The translations under genes were made by a program, and so were the position numbers. From contig CAVRUC010000007.1 of assembly GCA_963724295.1 (NCBI GenBank), positions 480,001 to 544,000 on the forward strand: 64,000 nt of DNA, given 5' to 3'. The stretch comes from an uncultured Chloroflexia bacterium. Its GTDB lineage: Bacteria; Chloroflexota; Chloroflexia; Thermomicrobiales; UBA6265. Position 1 is the stretch's first letter, and each line of letters starts with the position of its first letter. Positions 11,904 to 23,225 of the stretch are shown here, one piece after another. The notes beneath the pieces were generated by a model. The model was not told the DNA's origin. It ran no database searches and saw only the letters and a list, made by a program, of their open reading frames with translations.

Positions 11904-14288
11904 TCACGCCCCTCGCAGCAGGGCGACTGTTGCGCCGTCGCCGCCCTGGTTCGCGGGCGCGATCTCATGGCTGGCAACCGCCGGGTGTGCCGACAAGACC
12001 TCTTTGACCACTTTTCGCAGCGCTCCGGTGCCCTTGCCGTGAATGATGCGCACGAATGGCATCCCAGCCCGGTAGGCGTGCTCCAGATATTCGTCGAGCA
12101 TCGCTTCGATCTCGGCGGCACGATAGCCGCGAAGATCGAGCTCGAGGTTCACCGGTCCACTCGCGGCCGGCATCACGATCGGTCTCGACGCCTGCTCGTT
12201 GGATGCTCGGCCGAGGCGCTCGAGCGAGGCAACTGGCTGCCGGGTCTTGAGGGCGCCAAGCATCACATCGGCCATTCCATCATCCACGGCAATGACCTCG
12301 CCCTCCTGGTCGAGCGAGACGACGCGCACCCGGTCCCCCGCCGAGATCGGTTTCCTGCCCGGCATCGGCGGAGCGGATTTCAGCTTTTCCCGGCGGAAGG
12401 TGCGGACCCGGTCTGTGGCCTGGTCGACTTCGCGTCGTCGTTCATCCAGCTGTTCCCGCGTGATTTGCAGCGCTTCTCGATCGCGGCGCAGTCGCTTCAG
12501 CGTCTCGCGAGCTTCCTCCAGGTCAGACTCCGCTTCAGACAGAGCCGCTGTGCGGGCTTCCCGTCGCTCGTACTCGGCCTGTTGCAGTTCGCGTTCGGCC
12601 GTGTCGCGCAATGCGCGCGCCTGCTCCTCGTCTGCACGGGCCCGTTCCAGGATGGCATCGGCCTCGTCCCGGCGCCGTCGAATGTCCTGGAGCAGGCTAT
12701 CCACCCGCAACTCGTCCGGATCGAGCATTCCCGAGGCGGTCTCCAGGATCTCTCGGGGCATGCCCAGGCGTCCGGCGATGGCCAGGGCATTCGACCGTCC
12801 GGGTACACCGATCATCAGCCGGTACGTTGGCGCCAGCGTCTCCACGTCGAATTCCACGCTGGCGTTCTCCACCCCCGGGGTGGCGAATGCGTACGCTTTG
12901 AGCTCCGGGTAATGCGTCGTGGCGACGACGAGAGGTCCCAGATCGAGGAGACGGCTGACGATCGCTCGCGCCAGCGCCGAGCCCTCCTGGGGATCGGTAC
13001 CGGCGCCAAGCTCGTCCAGCAGCACGAGATCGTCCGGGGTCACCTGTTTCAGCATCGCGATCACTGTTCGAATGTGCCCGGAGAAGGTCGAAAGACTCTG
13101 CGCGATGCTCTGCTCGTCGCCGACGTCGACGAAGATGGCGGGAAAGACCGAGACCACACTGGCATCATCCGCCGGCACGAACAGCCCCGTCTGCGCCATG
13201 AGCGTCAAGAGGCCAAGCGTTTTCAGCGCAACGGTCTTTCCGCCGGTGTTCGGACCGGTGATCAGCAAGACTCTGAAGTCTTCGCCGAGGTCGACGTCGA
13301 TTGGCACGACCGCCGCCGGATCGAGCAACGGGTGGCGTGCTCGGCGTAGTGAGATTCGGTGTTTGGGGTGGCCGTTGGGGTTTGATGCCGCGCCGGACGA
13401 GAGCGCCGGCCGGTTCGCGCGCATGGTGAACGCCAGTCGCGCCTTGGCCATCGCCAGGTCGACCGCGGCGGCTGCTTCCACGGAGTTCGAGATCTCGTCG
13501 GACCTGGCGCCGATCTTGTCGCTGAGCGCATCGAGGATGCGGTCGATCTCGTGTTGCTCGTCGAGCTGTCGCTCTCGCCAGCGGTTGTTCAGCTCGACTA
13601 TCTCGAACGGCTCCACGAAGAGGGTTTGACCGCTCGCCGAGGTGTCGTGGACAACCCCTTGCAACTGCGCCCGGGCGTCCGCGCGCACCGGCACGACATA
13701 GCGGCCGTCCCGAGTGGTGACGATTGAGTCCTGGAGCACCGAGGCGTACTTGCCGCCGCTGACGAGCGCATTGAGCCGCTCCATCAACCGGCTGTGAGCC
13801 ACCCGCACGTCGCGGCGAATCTTGCCGAGCTCGGCGCTGGCGGTGTCCAGGACGTCGCCGCGCGGACCAATCGAACGGTTGATGTCGGTCTCGAGATCCG
13901 GCAGCTCGGCCAGATGGTCCGCGAACTCGCGCAGGTGGGGAAATCGCGTCTCGCCATCCGGCAGCCGCAACAGCGCACGCCGCAGATTCCGCGCCGCCGA
14001 GACCATGTCCAGCACCTGGAGCAGCTCCGGCGGTTGCAGCCGGGCCCCCTTGGCGGCGCGCTGGACCAGGGTTCGCACGTCGCGCGCGCCACCGATCGTG
14101 ACGTCGGGGAACTCGGTCAGCAGGTCGACAGATTCGGCGGTGACGTCGAGCAAATACGCGACCGTCGAGATGTCACCGCTCGGACCCAGCTCGCGCGCTT
14201 TCTCGGCGGCGACGCTGAAGCGACACTGCTGCGCCAGGCGATCCAGGATGGCCGGGTATTCGAGCTTGGCGAGAACATGCTCGTGCAC
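11904..14288 (-). CDS. mutS2: Endonuclease MutS2
   Basis: ITGPNTGGKT and DELGAGTDP motifs, coiled coil, Smr domain (LDLRG, IIHGKGTG). Confidence 0.96.
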   Translation of the reverse strand: MHEHVLAKLEYPAILDRLAQQCRFSVAAEKARELGPSGDISTVAYLLDVTAESVDLLTEFPDVTIGGARDVRTLVQRAAKGARLQPPELLQVLDMVSAARNLRRALLRLPDGETRFPHLREFADHLAELPDLETDINRSIGPRGDVLDTASAELGKIRRDVRVAHSRLMERLNALVSGGKYASVLQDSIVTTRDGRYVVPVRADARAQLQGVVHDTSASGQTLFVEPFEIVELNNRWRERQLDEQHEIDRILDALSDKIGARSDEISNSVEAAAAVDLAMAKARLAFTMRANRPALSSGAASNPNGHPKHRISLRRARHPLLDPAAVVPIDVDLGEDFRVLLITGPNTGGKTVALKTLGLLTLMAQTGLFVPADDASVVSVFPAIFVDVGDEQSIAQSLSTFSGHIRTVIAMLKQVTPDDLVLLDELGAGTDPQEGSALARAIVSRLLDLGPLVVATTHYPELKAYAFATPGVENASVEFDVETLAPTYRLMIGVPGRSNALAIAGRLGMPREILETASGMLDPDELRVDSLLQDIRRRRDEADAILERARADEEQARALRDTAERELQQAEYERREARTAALSEAESDLEEARETLKRLRRDREALQITREQLDERRREVDQATDRVRTFRREKLKSAPPMPGRKPISAGDRVRVVSLDQEGEVIAVDDGMADVMLGALKTRQPVASLERLGRASNEQASRPIVMPAASGPVNLELDLRGYRAAEIEAMLDEYLEHAYRAGMPFVRIIHGKGTGALRKVVKEVLSAHPAVASHEIAPANQGGDGATVALLRGA

Positions 14289-14370
14289 GTTGGAAGATCC
14301 TCGATCGCGACTGATGCCATTTCGCGCAGTGTAGCCGCCGGAAACGAGACCCTTGGCGGTTAACGCGATG

Positions 14371-14400
14371 TTGACACGAACATGCGTTCTCCCCTATCCT
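14371..14400 (+). promoter_or_regulatory. lexA promoter with SOS (Cheo) box
   Basis: TTGACA (14371), 18-nt spacer, TATCCT (14395); GAAC-ATGC-GTTC at 14378-14389 lies inside the spacer. Confidence 0.85.
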
Positions 14401-14488
14401 CTAAAGGAGAACAAGCTCGTCCCTACGGGGAGAGTCCGCACGGCGGAATCAACCCGCGAGCCGCCGCAGCGATCAGTAGGAGCCCAGC

Positions 14489-15127
14489 ATGAAGAGCGTG
14501 TCCCGCCGCCAGCAGGCAATCCTCCAGTTCATCGAGCACTTTCTCGACGAGAATGACTATCCACCGACCATCCGTGACATCCAGTCCGAGCTCGACATCT
14601 CGTCGACAAGCGTCGTCGATTACAACCTCAAGGCGCTCGAAGCTCGCGGTCTGATTCGTCGCAACAGCAAGATCTCGCGAGGCATCGAGCTGGTGAATCG
14701 CGGCGTCAGTCGTCGCAACGTGGTGGCCATCCCGGTGATCGGCCAGATCGCCGCGGGTCTTCCGATTCCGGTCCCCGGCGATCTCGAGGGCTCGGACGCG
14801 ACGGAATCCGTCGAGCTGGGAGCCAGCCTCGTGCCGAACAGTGGACAGGGTCTGTTCGCGCTGCGGGTCAAAGGTCACTCGATGATCGACGCGCTGATCA
14901 ATGACGGCGACGTGGTCGTGCTCAAGCAACAGGAAACGTGCGAGAACGGCGAGACGGTCGCGGTCTGGCTCAAGGACGAGCGGGAGACGACGTTGAAGCG
15001 GTTCTACCTCGAAGGAGACCGCGTACGATTGCAACCCGCCAACACCAGCATGGCCCCAATCTACACCGCGGCCGACAACGTCGAAGTCCAGGGGCGTCTG
15101 GTCACGGTTCTCCGTTCGAACCCGTAA
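14489..15127 (+). CDS. lexA: SOS repressor LexA
   Basis: YPPTIRDI winged HTH, IAAG cleavage site, GHSM catalytic Ser, TLKR catalytic Lys. Confidence 0.97.
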   Translation: MKSVSRRQQAILQFIEHFLDENDYPPTIRDIQSELDISSTSVVDYNLKALEARGLIRRNSKISRGIELVNRGVSRRNVVAIPVIGQIAAGLPIPVPGDLEGSDATESVELGASLVPNSGQGLFALRVKGHSMIDALINDGDVVVLKQQETCENGETVAVWLKDERETTLKRFYLEGDRVRLQPANTSMAPIYTAADNVEVQGRLVTVLRSNP

Positions 15128-15371
15128 TCCATCGCTCGACTCGAGGGGACGGCCGAGTTTAGAGCCTGTCTGGCTTGCGCCCACGACTGTGTGGCTGCCT
15201 CGCCGGACTCGATCCTGGTACCGGTGAGGAATAGAGAAACTCGGGGATCAGCCACTCCGAGCGAGGCGATAGCGAACCGTCCGGAGTGGCGCAATCTAAC
15301 TGCTAGACTGAGCTCCTGGATCTGTGATGAGCTGCCTCCAGTCGGAGGCACTTCCGCTCGGAGACTCGGTC

Positions 15372-15935
15372 ATGGAGACCGCGATTCTCACCGGCATGGG
15401 GCTCGCGGCGCCGGCCGGTCTCAACGCCTACATCCCTCTTCTGGCCCTGGCCCTTGCCGACCGGGCCACCACCCGGGTGACGCTCAACGCGCCCTACGAC
15501 GTCCTCTCCTCCAATACCGGGATCGCGATCCTGGTTGTCCTGCTCACGATCGAGGTCACGGTCGACAAAATTCCGGGCGTCGATCACGTCAATGACATCA
15601 TCCAATCATTTGTGCGTCCCGCCGCCGGAGCCATCGCCGCCGTCGCCGCGACGGGCGGCGTGGCAACGATCAATCCGGCGATCATGGTTCTCGTCGGCGT
15701 CGTGCTGGCTGGGTCCGTCAATGCGGTGAAGGTCACCACGCGTCCCGCCGTCACCGTCGGTACCCTAGGCATCTTCAATCCCGTGGTCAGCGTAGCCGAG
15801 GATGCCATAGCGATCCTGGTGTCGATCGTGGCCATCTTTTTCCCCTTCCTCGTCATTCTTATCCTCGCGCTCTTCGCGGTTTCTTCTATTCTTTTGTTGC
15901 GTCGCGTCCGCCGCCTGCGGTCCGGCGACCGTTAG
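15372..15935 (+). CDS. DUF4126-like membrane protein
   Basis: GLAAPAGLNAYIPLL, DKIPGVDH and NPVVSVAED motifs. Confidence 0.8.
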   Translation: METAILTGMGLAAPAGLNAYIPLLALALADRATTRVTLNAPYDVLSSNTGIAILVVLLTIEVTVDKIPGVDHVNDIIQSFVRPAAGAIAAVAATGGVATINPAIMVLVGVVLAGSVNAVKVTTRPAVTVGTLGIFNPVVSVAEDAIAILVSIVAIFFPFLVILILALFAVSSILLLRRVRRLRSGDR

Positions 15936-16001
15936 CCGTGGCGCGCGCTTTCACACGTAGCCGATAGCGCCACATGCCGGCGACTAGGCCGAGAGACGAG
16001 T

Positions 16002-17159
16002 ATGCCCAGCGTTCAGGTCAAAGACTATTACCAGGTGCTCGGCGTCCCGCGGACGGCGACGGAGAAAGAGATTCGCTCGGCGTATCGCAAACTGGCACGG
16101 CAGCATCACCCTGATCTCAATCCGGGCGACAAGACCGCGGAAGAGCGCTTCAAGGAAGTCAACGAAGCGCATGAGGTGCTGACTGACGCCGACAAGCGAA
16201 AACTCTACGACCGATTCGGCGAGGACTGGCAGCGATACCGTGATGCCGGGTTCACCGGTGACGAGCAGTTCACCGCTCCCGGTCCATCCGGCACACCAGG
16301 GGCTCGTGCCGGCCGCGGCGCGACGTTCGATCCAAATGATTTCAATCAGTGGTATTCGAGCCAGGGCGGCGGCAGTGGCGGCTACACGTTCTACTCGACC
16401 GACGAAGGCGACGATGCACACTCAGACTTCTTTGAGACGCTCTTCGGCGGGCGCAGCTCGCCGTTCGATCGGTTTGGCGGGTTCGGCGGGTTCTCCTCGA
16501 CGCGAACGCGGGGCCAACCACAGGCGAGGGCCACGAGGCCGCAACGGGGTGAAGACGCGGAAGTTCCGGTCGAGATCTCGTTTGACGAGGCGTTCCGGGG
16601 AACCAAGCGGCAGATTCAATTGCAGGTTTCGGAGCCGTGCCCCACGTGCGGCGGTACCGGCGAAGTGCGGGGTCAGGAATGTCCGACCTGCGATGGCACC
16701 GGCTTCGTTCGCCGCACCAAGACGCTCGAGGTGAACATTCCCGCCGGTATCGACAGTGGCAAGCGCGTCCGCATGGCCGGTCAGGGCGGGCCTGGTCTCA
16801 ATGGTGGCGCCGCGGGCGATGTCAACCTGATCGTTGCGGTCAGACCCGATCGACGCTTTGAGCGGGACGGCGACAACCTGAGGACCGAGGTCGACGTCCC
16901 CGTCACCACGGCCGTGCTCGGTGGTGAGGCCGAAGTACCGACGCCGACCGGAAAGGTCGCCCTGACCATTCCGGCGGGGACGCAGAGCGGCCGGAGTTTC
17001 CGTCTCCGCGGGATGGGTATGCCAAAGCTCAGGGGCCGCCAGGGAGAACGTGGCGACCTCGTGGCACGGGCACGGATCGTTGCGCCCACGAACCTTTCTG
17101 ACCGCGAGCGCGAGCTCTTTGAGGAGCTCCGCGCGATCCGGCAGGAGCGATCGTCCTGA
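16002..17159 (+). CDS. DnaJ/CbpA-class chaperone
   Basis: J-domain with HPD, G/F-rich region, two CxxCxGxG motifs, DnaJ C-terminal domain. Confidence 0.93.
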   Translation: MPSVQVKDYYQVLGVPRTATEKEIRSAYRKLARQHHPDLNPGDKTAEERFKEVNEAHEVLTDADKRKLYDRFGEDWQRYRDAGFTGDEQFTAPGPSGTPGARAGRGATFDPNDFNQWYSSQGGGSGGYTFYSTDEGDDAHSDFFETLFGGRSSPFDRFGGFGGFSSTRTRGQPQARATRPQRGEDAEVPVEISFDEAFRGTKRQIQLQVSEPCPTCGGTGEVRGQECPTCDGTGFVRRTKTLEVNIPAGIDSGKRVRMAGQGGPGLNGGAAGDVNLIVAVRPDRRFERDGDNLRTEVDVPVTTAVLGGEAEVPTPTGKVALTIPAGTQSGRSFRLRGMGMPKLRGRQGERGDLVARARIVAPTNLSDRERELFEELRAIRQERSS

Positions 17160-17509
17160 TGGCACAGCGCAAGACGTCCGAGGCGCTCCGCGTTTCCGTG
17201 ACCGATTGGGTCTTTGAGGACGATGCGAGAGACGAGCCGCGATACGCGATCTCGGTCGTCGCGGCTCGCTGTGGCGTCCATAAGGGCACGCTGCGGCGGT
17301 ACGAAGAGTGGGGCCTACTCGAGCCGGTTCGAGCCGGTCAGCGCCGGCTCTACTCCGAGTCTGATATCGAACATGTGCAGCGAATCCGTCGCCTTGTCGA
17401 CGACCTTGGCATCAACCTGGCGGGAGCCGCGGCAGTCATGCACCTCCGCCAGCAAGTGATCGCGCTGCAGCGCGAACTGGACGAGCTGCGGGAGCAATTC
17501 GGCGAATGA
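17159..17509 (+). CDS. MerR-family regulator (HspR/CbpM-like)
   Basis: TLRRYEEWGLL...RLVDDLGINLAG; translationally coupled to the dnaJ-like gene. Confidence 0.85.
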   Translation: MAQRKTSEALRVSVTDWVFEDDARDEPRYAISVVAARCGVHKGTLRRYEEWGLLEPVRAGQRRLYSESDIEHVQRIRRLVDDLGINLAGAAAVMHLRQQVIALQRELDELREQFGE

Positions 17510-18877
<1,368 letters not shown>

Positions 18878-18930
18878 CGTGGCCGGAAGCGCCAGATGCC
18901 TGGCTCACCGAGCAACAGGGAGGCTGCACA

Positions 18931-19404
18931 ATGACCGCATCGGATGAGCTAGCCGGCATCGACGCGGAGGGCATCCAGCGCATCCTGCCCCATCGCTACC
19001 CGTTTCTTCTCGTCGATCGGGTCATCGAGCTCGATCCGCCTCACCGCGCTGTAGGAATCAAGCAAGTAACGGTCAATGAGCCGTTCTTCCAGGGACACTT
19101 CCCGGGTTACCCGGTGATGCCGGGCGTGCTCATCGTCGAGGCCATGGCTCAGGTCGGCGGGGTGGCTGTGCTGTCGGCGGACGAGTACCGGGACAAGCTC
19201 GCGCTTTTCGCGGGGATCGACAACGTGAGATTCAAGCGCCAGGTCAAACCCGGCGATACCCTTCGGCTGGAGGTCGAGCTGCACCAGATCCGCAGAGGCA
19301 TCGGCATGGGATCTGGCACGGCTTCGGTCGACGGCGAGCTCGCCTGCCGTGGCGACATCATGTTCGCACTCGTCGACATGCCGGAGGCACTGCGGCAGGG
19401 CTGA
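18931..19404 (+). CDS. fabZ: 3-hydroxyacyl-ACP dehydratase
   Basis: [12 protein letters not shown] and [13 protein letters not shown] motifs. Confidence 0.96.
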   Translation: MTASDELAGIDAEGIQRILPHRYPFLLVDRVIELDPPHRAVGIKQVTVNEPFFQGHFPGYPVMPGVLIVEAMAQVGGVAVLSADEYRDKLALFAGIDNVRFKRQVKPGDTLRLEVELHQIRRGIGMGSGTASVDGELACRGDIMFALVDMPEALRQG

Positions 19405-19483
19405 GCGATGCGCCCCCGACCCCGGGTCCTGACGTAGACTTGCCACTATTGACGGCAATTTTCTGGATGGAGATCCTGAGTCT

Positions 19484-20074
19484 ATGCCCTCGTCCGGACG
19501 GTTGATTGGTTCGATACTCATCGTCGCGGGTCTGGCACTGGGAGCGATCCTCGCCATCTGGCTGACTTCCGGCATGCGCGAGGGAACCCTCGAGGGATCG
19601 GGCGCAATATTCGGGTTCCTCTTCGGGTTCTTGTTTCTGGTGGCGCCGCTCGTCGGTGGCGGATTCTTCTTCCTTTCCCGGGGCCGCGCCGAGGACAAGG
19701 CGAGCGAGCGCGTCCGTGGTCAGCGCCGGCTCCTGGACATGCTGATGACCCGCGGCCAGCTCTCGATCGTCGACGTCGCGCTCGAGCTTGGACGCACGCG
19801 GGAGCAGATCGAAAGTGATCTCTACGATCTCGTCGGCCTCGGTCTCTTTACCGGCTACGTCGACTGGCGCAAGGGGGTCATGCACTCCGTCGAGGCAGCC
19901 CAGCTCGCGACCAGGACGACCTGTCCCAACTGTGGAGGCGAGCTGGTGCTGGCAGGCAAAGGGCTCATCAAGTGCCCGTACTGTGGGGCGGAGATATTCC
20001 TCGGTCCAGAAGGAGCACGCGAGCTGGAGCCTGTTGGCGCTGACGCCATATCCGCGGGAGGAAGCACGCGGTGA
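19484..20074 (+). CDS. Membrane protein: 2 TM, helical/wHTH-like segment, zinc ribbon
   Basis: Two hydrophobic helices; CPNC...CPYC; first gene of the pspA operon. Confidence 0.75.
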   Translation: MPSSGRLIGSILIVAGLALGAILAIWLTSGMREGTLEGSGAIFGFLFGFLFLVAPLVGGGFFFLSRGRAEDKASERVRGQRRLLDMLMTRGQLSIVDVALELGRTREQIESDLYDLVGLGLFTGYVDWRKGVMHSVEAAQLATRTTCPNCGGELVLAGKGLIKCPYCGAEIFLGPEGARELEPVGADAISAGGSTR

Positions 20075-21087
20075 CCGAGCGACCGGAGGAGATCTGGGAA
20101 CGGCGCATCAGCGACGCGCTTGACCGCGTGCCTGGCTATCGCGGGTACCGGCTGAAGGAGGAACGGCGCGACGCCGACCGGCGCGTGCGAGCGGCGGTTG
20201 CGGACGCGTATGCCGCGCAGCTGGTCCGCGTCGAGCGCATCGGCCGTGACCTTGCCAACGCTCGCCGGCTCGGCGAGATCTCGGCTGTCGAACGCACCAG
20301 CCAGGCCATCCGTCACTACATCGATCGAGTGCGCGCGGCGACCCCCGGCTACGGTGGGCTGTTTGGAGACCGGGACATCGACGGTATCGCGCTCGATCAA
20401 CTTCGCCTCTTCGACGAAAGCCTGCTCCTCGGCGTCGACGAGCTGCGACCGGCCATCGATCGTCTCGAGGCGGACTTTGCCGCCGGGCAGCCACTCGGCC
20501 CCGCGGCTGACGAAGCAGCCCGCACGATCGAATCGCAGCTCGTTCGCTTCGATACCCGGCAAGAGGTGATTGCGACCGGTCAGGCAACCAGTCGCGACAG
20601 CGTCCTGGCGGCGCTGAGACCGATCGCGGAGGTCATCCCTCCGGACGTCTACTCGGCGCAACCGGGAGACGCAATTTCGATCCTGGGTGACAACTTTCTG
20701 GTCGACGCCAGGATCGACGTCGATGGCCGGCCCCAGTCGTTCCGCCTATTCCGCATCGCTCGCGAGCCCGAAGAGTGGCTATTCGTCAGCCGCGAGCCAG
20801 GCGGAGCGATGTACCGCCTGACCCCGGTCCCTCCGCCCGAACGAGGCACGGACATCTCCGGAACAACGCTGCAACAAGCCGCCGTGGGAGCCGGAGACGG
20901 CGAGATTACCGGCGAGCGCGGGTCGGAAGGATTGCGCGCGGTGCGGTACGCTCTTCTCGAAGATGCCGAAGATCCGGATGGATTCGGACTGATCCTCGAC
21001 TGGGAGGGTGAACGGCAGGCGTTTGCCGGCCGGAGGACCGAACCAATCGACGTCGAGCTGTTCCGGCATATCGAAACGGCCGGGTAG
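20071..21087 (+). CDS. Hypothetical protein (helical N-domain, DUF4178-like C-domain)
   Basis: GTGA overlap with the upstream gene; VPGYRGY...ERRDAD; position in the pspA operon. Confidence 0.7.
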   Translation: MTERPEEIWERRISDALDRVPGYRGYRLKEERRDADRRVRAAVADAYAAQLVRVERIGRDLANARRLGEISAVERTSQAIRHYIDRVRAATPGYGGLFGDRDIDGIALDQLRLFDESLLLGVDELRPAIDRLEADFAAGQPLGPAADEAARTIESQLVRFDTRQEVIATGQATSRDSVLAALRPIAEVIPPDVYSAQPGDAISILGDNFLVDARIDVDGRPQSFRLFRIAREPEEWLFVSREPGGAMYRLTPVPPPERGTDISGTTLQQAAVGAGDGEITGERGSEGLRAVRYALLEDAEDPDGFGLILDWEGERQAFAGRRTEPIDVELFRHIETAG

Positions 21088-21129
21088 GGTTCCGCCACTC
21101 GGCGGGACGGAGTAGATGGGAGGGAATCG

Positions 21130-21822
21130 ATGGCAGGAATCATGGACCGGTTGTCGCGGCTGATCCGGGCGAACGTCAACGACCTGATCGACAGCGCCGA
21201 AGACCCGGAGAAGATGATCGATCAGATCCTGCGCGATATGCACGAAAGCATCTCGATGGCTCGCGCCCAGGTCGCGGCCATGATCGCGCAGGAGAAGGAG
21301 CTGGAGTTCGACGCCGCGGAGACCAGCAAGCTGGCCGAAGAATGGGGCCGCAAGGCGGAGCGCGCGGTGACAGCCGGCAAAGATGACCTCGCGCGCGAGG
21401 CGCTTCGCCGCAAGCGCGACAACGAGGAGAACTCGGCCATCTATAGGGAGCAGCAAGGCGTGCAGAGCCAGGCTGTGACCAAGCTGAAGGACCAGCTGCG
21501 GCAGCTCGAGGCCAAGTACCAGGCAACCCTGGGGGCGCGCGACTCCTTGATCGCGCGCCAGCGCCGGGCCAGGGCGCAGCGGCAAGTCGCCGAAGCGATC
21601 GTGGTCTTCACCCCGCTCGACCCGTCATCCGAGCTGGATCGCATGGAGCGGAAGATTCGTAGCGAAGAGGCCCACGCCGCGGCCGCGCTGGAAATCGGTG
21701 ACGACAGCTTCGAATCGCAGTTCCAGGCCCTGGAAGCCGAATCGGACGTCGAGGACGAGCTGGAGGCGCTCAAGAAATCCCTTGGCGCGGGAGGTACGCC
21801 GAGCCTGACCTCAGGCAGCTAG
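21130..21822 (+). CDS. pspA: PspA/IM30 (ESCRT-III-like) protein
   Basis: ANVNDLIDSAEDPEKMIDQ, DDLAREAL, long coiled coil. Confidence 0.93.
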   Translation: MAGIMDRLSRLIRANVNDLIDSAEDPEKMIDQILRDMHESISMARAQVAAMIAQEKELEFDAAETSKLAEEWGRKAERAVTAGKDDLAREALRRKRDNEENSAIYREQQGVQSQAVTKLKDQLRQLEAKYQATLGARDSLIARQRRARAQRQVAEAIVVFTPLDPSSELDRMERKIRSEEAHAAAALEIGDDSFESQFQALEAESDVEDELEALKKSLGAGGTPSLTSGS

Positions 21823-21858
21823 GCTGGTTTCGGGCGGCCCCGCGGCCGGGAGAGCGGC

Positions 21859-22827
21859 ATGGCCCTCATTGATGTGATCCAGCACCCGAGCGCGCGCTCG
21901 GACGAGATCGTCTTCCGCGTTCCCCAGCACGGCGCGGGCGAGTTCAAGTTCGGGTCACAGCTCATCGTGCGCGAGGGCCAGGCCGCGGTCTTCTTTCGTG
22001 ACGGCAAGGCACTGGATACGTTTGGACCCGGCCGGCATACGCTGGGCACGAACAATCTTCCATTGCTGACCGGCATCATGGGGGTTCCCTTCGGCGGCAC
22101 GACCCCGTTCACCGCCGAGGTCTATTTCGTCTCCTTGCGCGAGTTCTCCGACCTGCGCTGGGGAACCGCGCAGCCGGTGGTTTTTCGCGACGCCGACTTC
22201 GGCATGGTCCGATTGCGGGCGTTCGGTGGCTACTCCATGCGGGTCGGCGACCCGCAGCTCTTCGTGCAGCAGGTGGTCGGCTCGCAGGGCGTGTACACCA
22301 CCGGATTCATCGAGGACTACCTGCGCGGCGTGATCGTCAACGAGTTCAACGACATGCTGGGAGCCGTCCACACCACGCTCCTCGATCTCCCAGGACAGAG
22401 CTCCGAGCTGGCGGCGGCCATGCGCAACGCCCTGGTCGATGATTTCCGGCGAATTGGCCTCGATATCACCAGCTTCCAGATCATCGCGATCACGCCGCCG
22501 GAGGACGTGCAGCGCCGCATCGACGAGCGGACGAGCCAGTCGATTCTCGGAAACGCTGGAAACGTCCGGGGGTCGGAAGCGGCTAAAGCACTCGGTGGGG
22601 ACGCGGACACACCGGCAATCGAGGCGCCGCAACGAGGACTCGAGCTCGGCGCTGGCCACGGTGTCGGCGAGGCTATAGCTCCGACCATGCGCGAAACGGT
22701 CGCGGAGCCGGCGCGTCTTGGCAGGGCAGGGGCGATCGAGTGCCCGCACTGTCACGCACAGGCGCCGGCCGACGCGCGATTCTGCCCAAACTGTGGCCGC
22801 CCGCTACAGGCGCAGACCGGGCAATGA
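21859..22827 (+). CDS. SPFH/Band-7 (YdjI-like) protein with C-terminal zinc ribbon
   Basis: GSQLIVREGQAAVF, WGT, RAFGGY motifs; CPHC...FCPNCG. Confidence 0.88.
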   Translation: MALIDVIQHPSARSDEIVFRVPQHGAGEFKFGSQLIVREGQAAVFFRDGKALDTFGPGRHTLGTNNLPLLTGIMGVPFGGTTPFTAEVYFVSLREFSDLRWGTAQPVVFRDADFGMVRLRAFGGYSMRVGDPQLFVQQVVGSQGVYTTGFIEDYLRGVIVNEFNDMLGAVHTTLLDLPGQSSELAAAMRNALVDDFRRIGLDITSFQIIAITPPEDVQRRIDERTSQSILGNAGNVRGSEAAKALGGDADTPAIEAPQRGLELGAGHGVGEAIAPTMRETVAEPARLGRAGAIECPHCHAQAPADARFCPNCGRPLQAQTGQ

Positions 22828-22937
22828 AACGTGCCGGGGATAGACGTCAGCGAATCCGCTTGCCGGAAGACGCTGCACATCTCATCGAAAACCGTTACGC
22901 TGTGCACTGGGGCATGGTGACGAGGGAGGGAAGGAAC

Positions 22938-23225
22938 ATGGCACGAATGGCAAGGCGGCGGACTGCCGCGGCGCTCGCGCTCGTGGTCACGGTGGTTGGC
23001 CTCGGTGTGACTGGAGCGCTTGCCCAGGATTACAGCGGCTCCACGATTACGACTGGCGGCGCTACGGCGGCTGTCGAAGCCGGCGACGTTGTGACTCTCG
23101 CGCCTGGAGTGACCATCGATACCGGGGACGTCAGCAACATCACCGGCATCGGCGTCGTCATCAGCGGTGGCACATCGGCTGGCTCCGCACCCGGTGGCGG
23201 CACGAACGCCGCGGCTCCCGAATAA
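22938..23225 (+). CDS. Small secreted Gly/Thr-rich protein related to 919-1597
   Basis: Signal peptide (RRR...ALA|Q). GDVSNITGIGVVISGGTSAGSAPGGGTNAA aligns with GDILNQTGLAVEVDGGTAIADATGGNNNLA. Confidence 0.75.
   Translation: MARMARRRTAAALALVVTVVGLGVTGALAQDYSGSTITTGGATAAVEAGDVVTLAPGVTIDTGDVSNITGIGVVISGGTSAGSAPGGGTNAAAPE

Noticed and set aside
14409..14420. Second SOS box downstream of the lexA -10
   Set aside because: Only the GAAC half-site matches.
15936..16001. HAIR or CIRCE operator before the dnaJ-hspR-like genes
   Set aside because: No CTTGAGT-N7-ACTCAAG or TTAGCACTC-N9-GAGTGCTAA match was seen.
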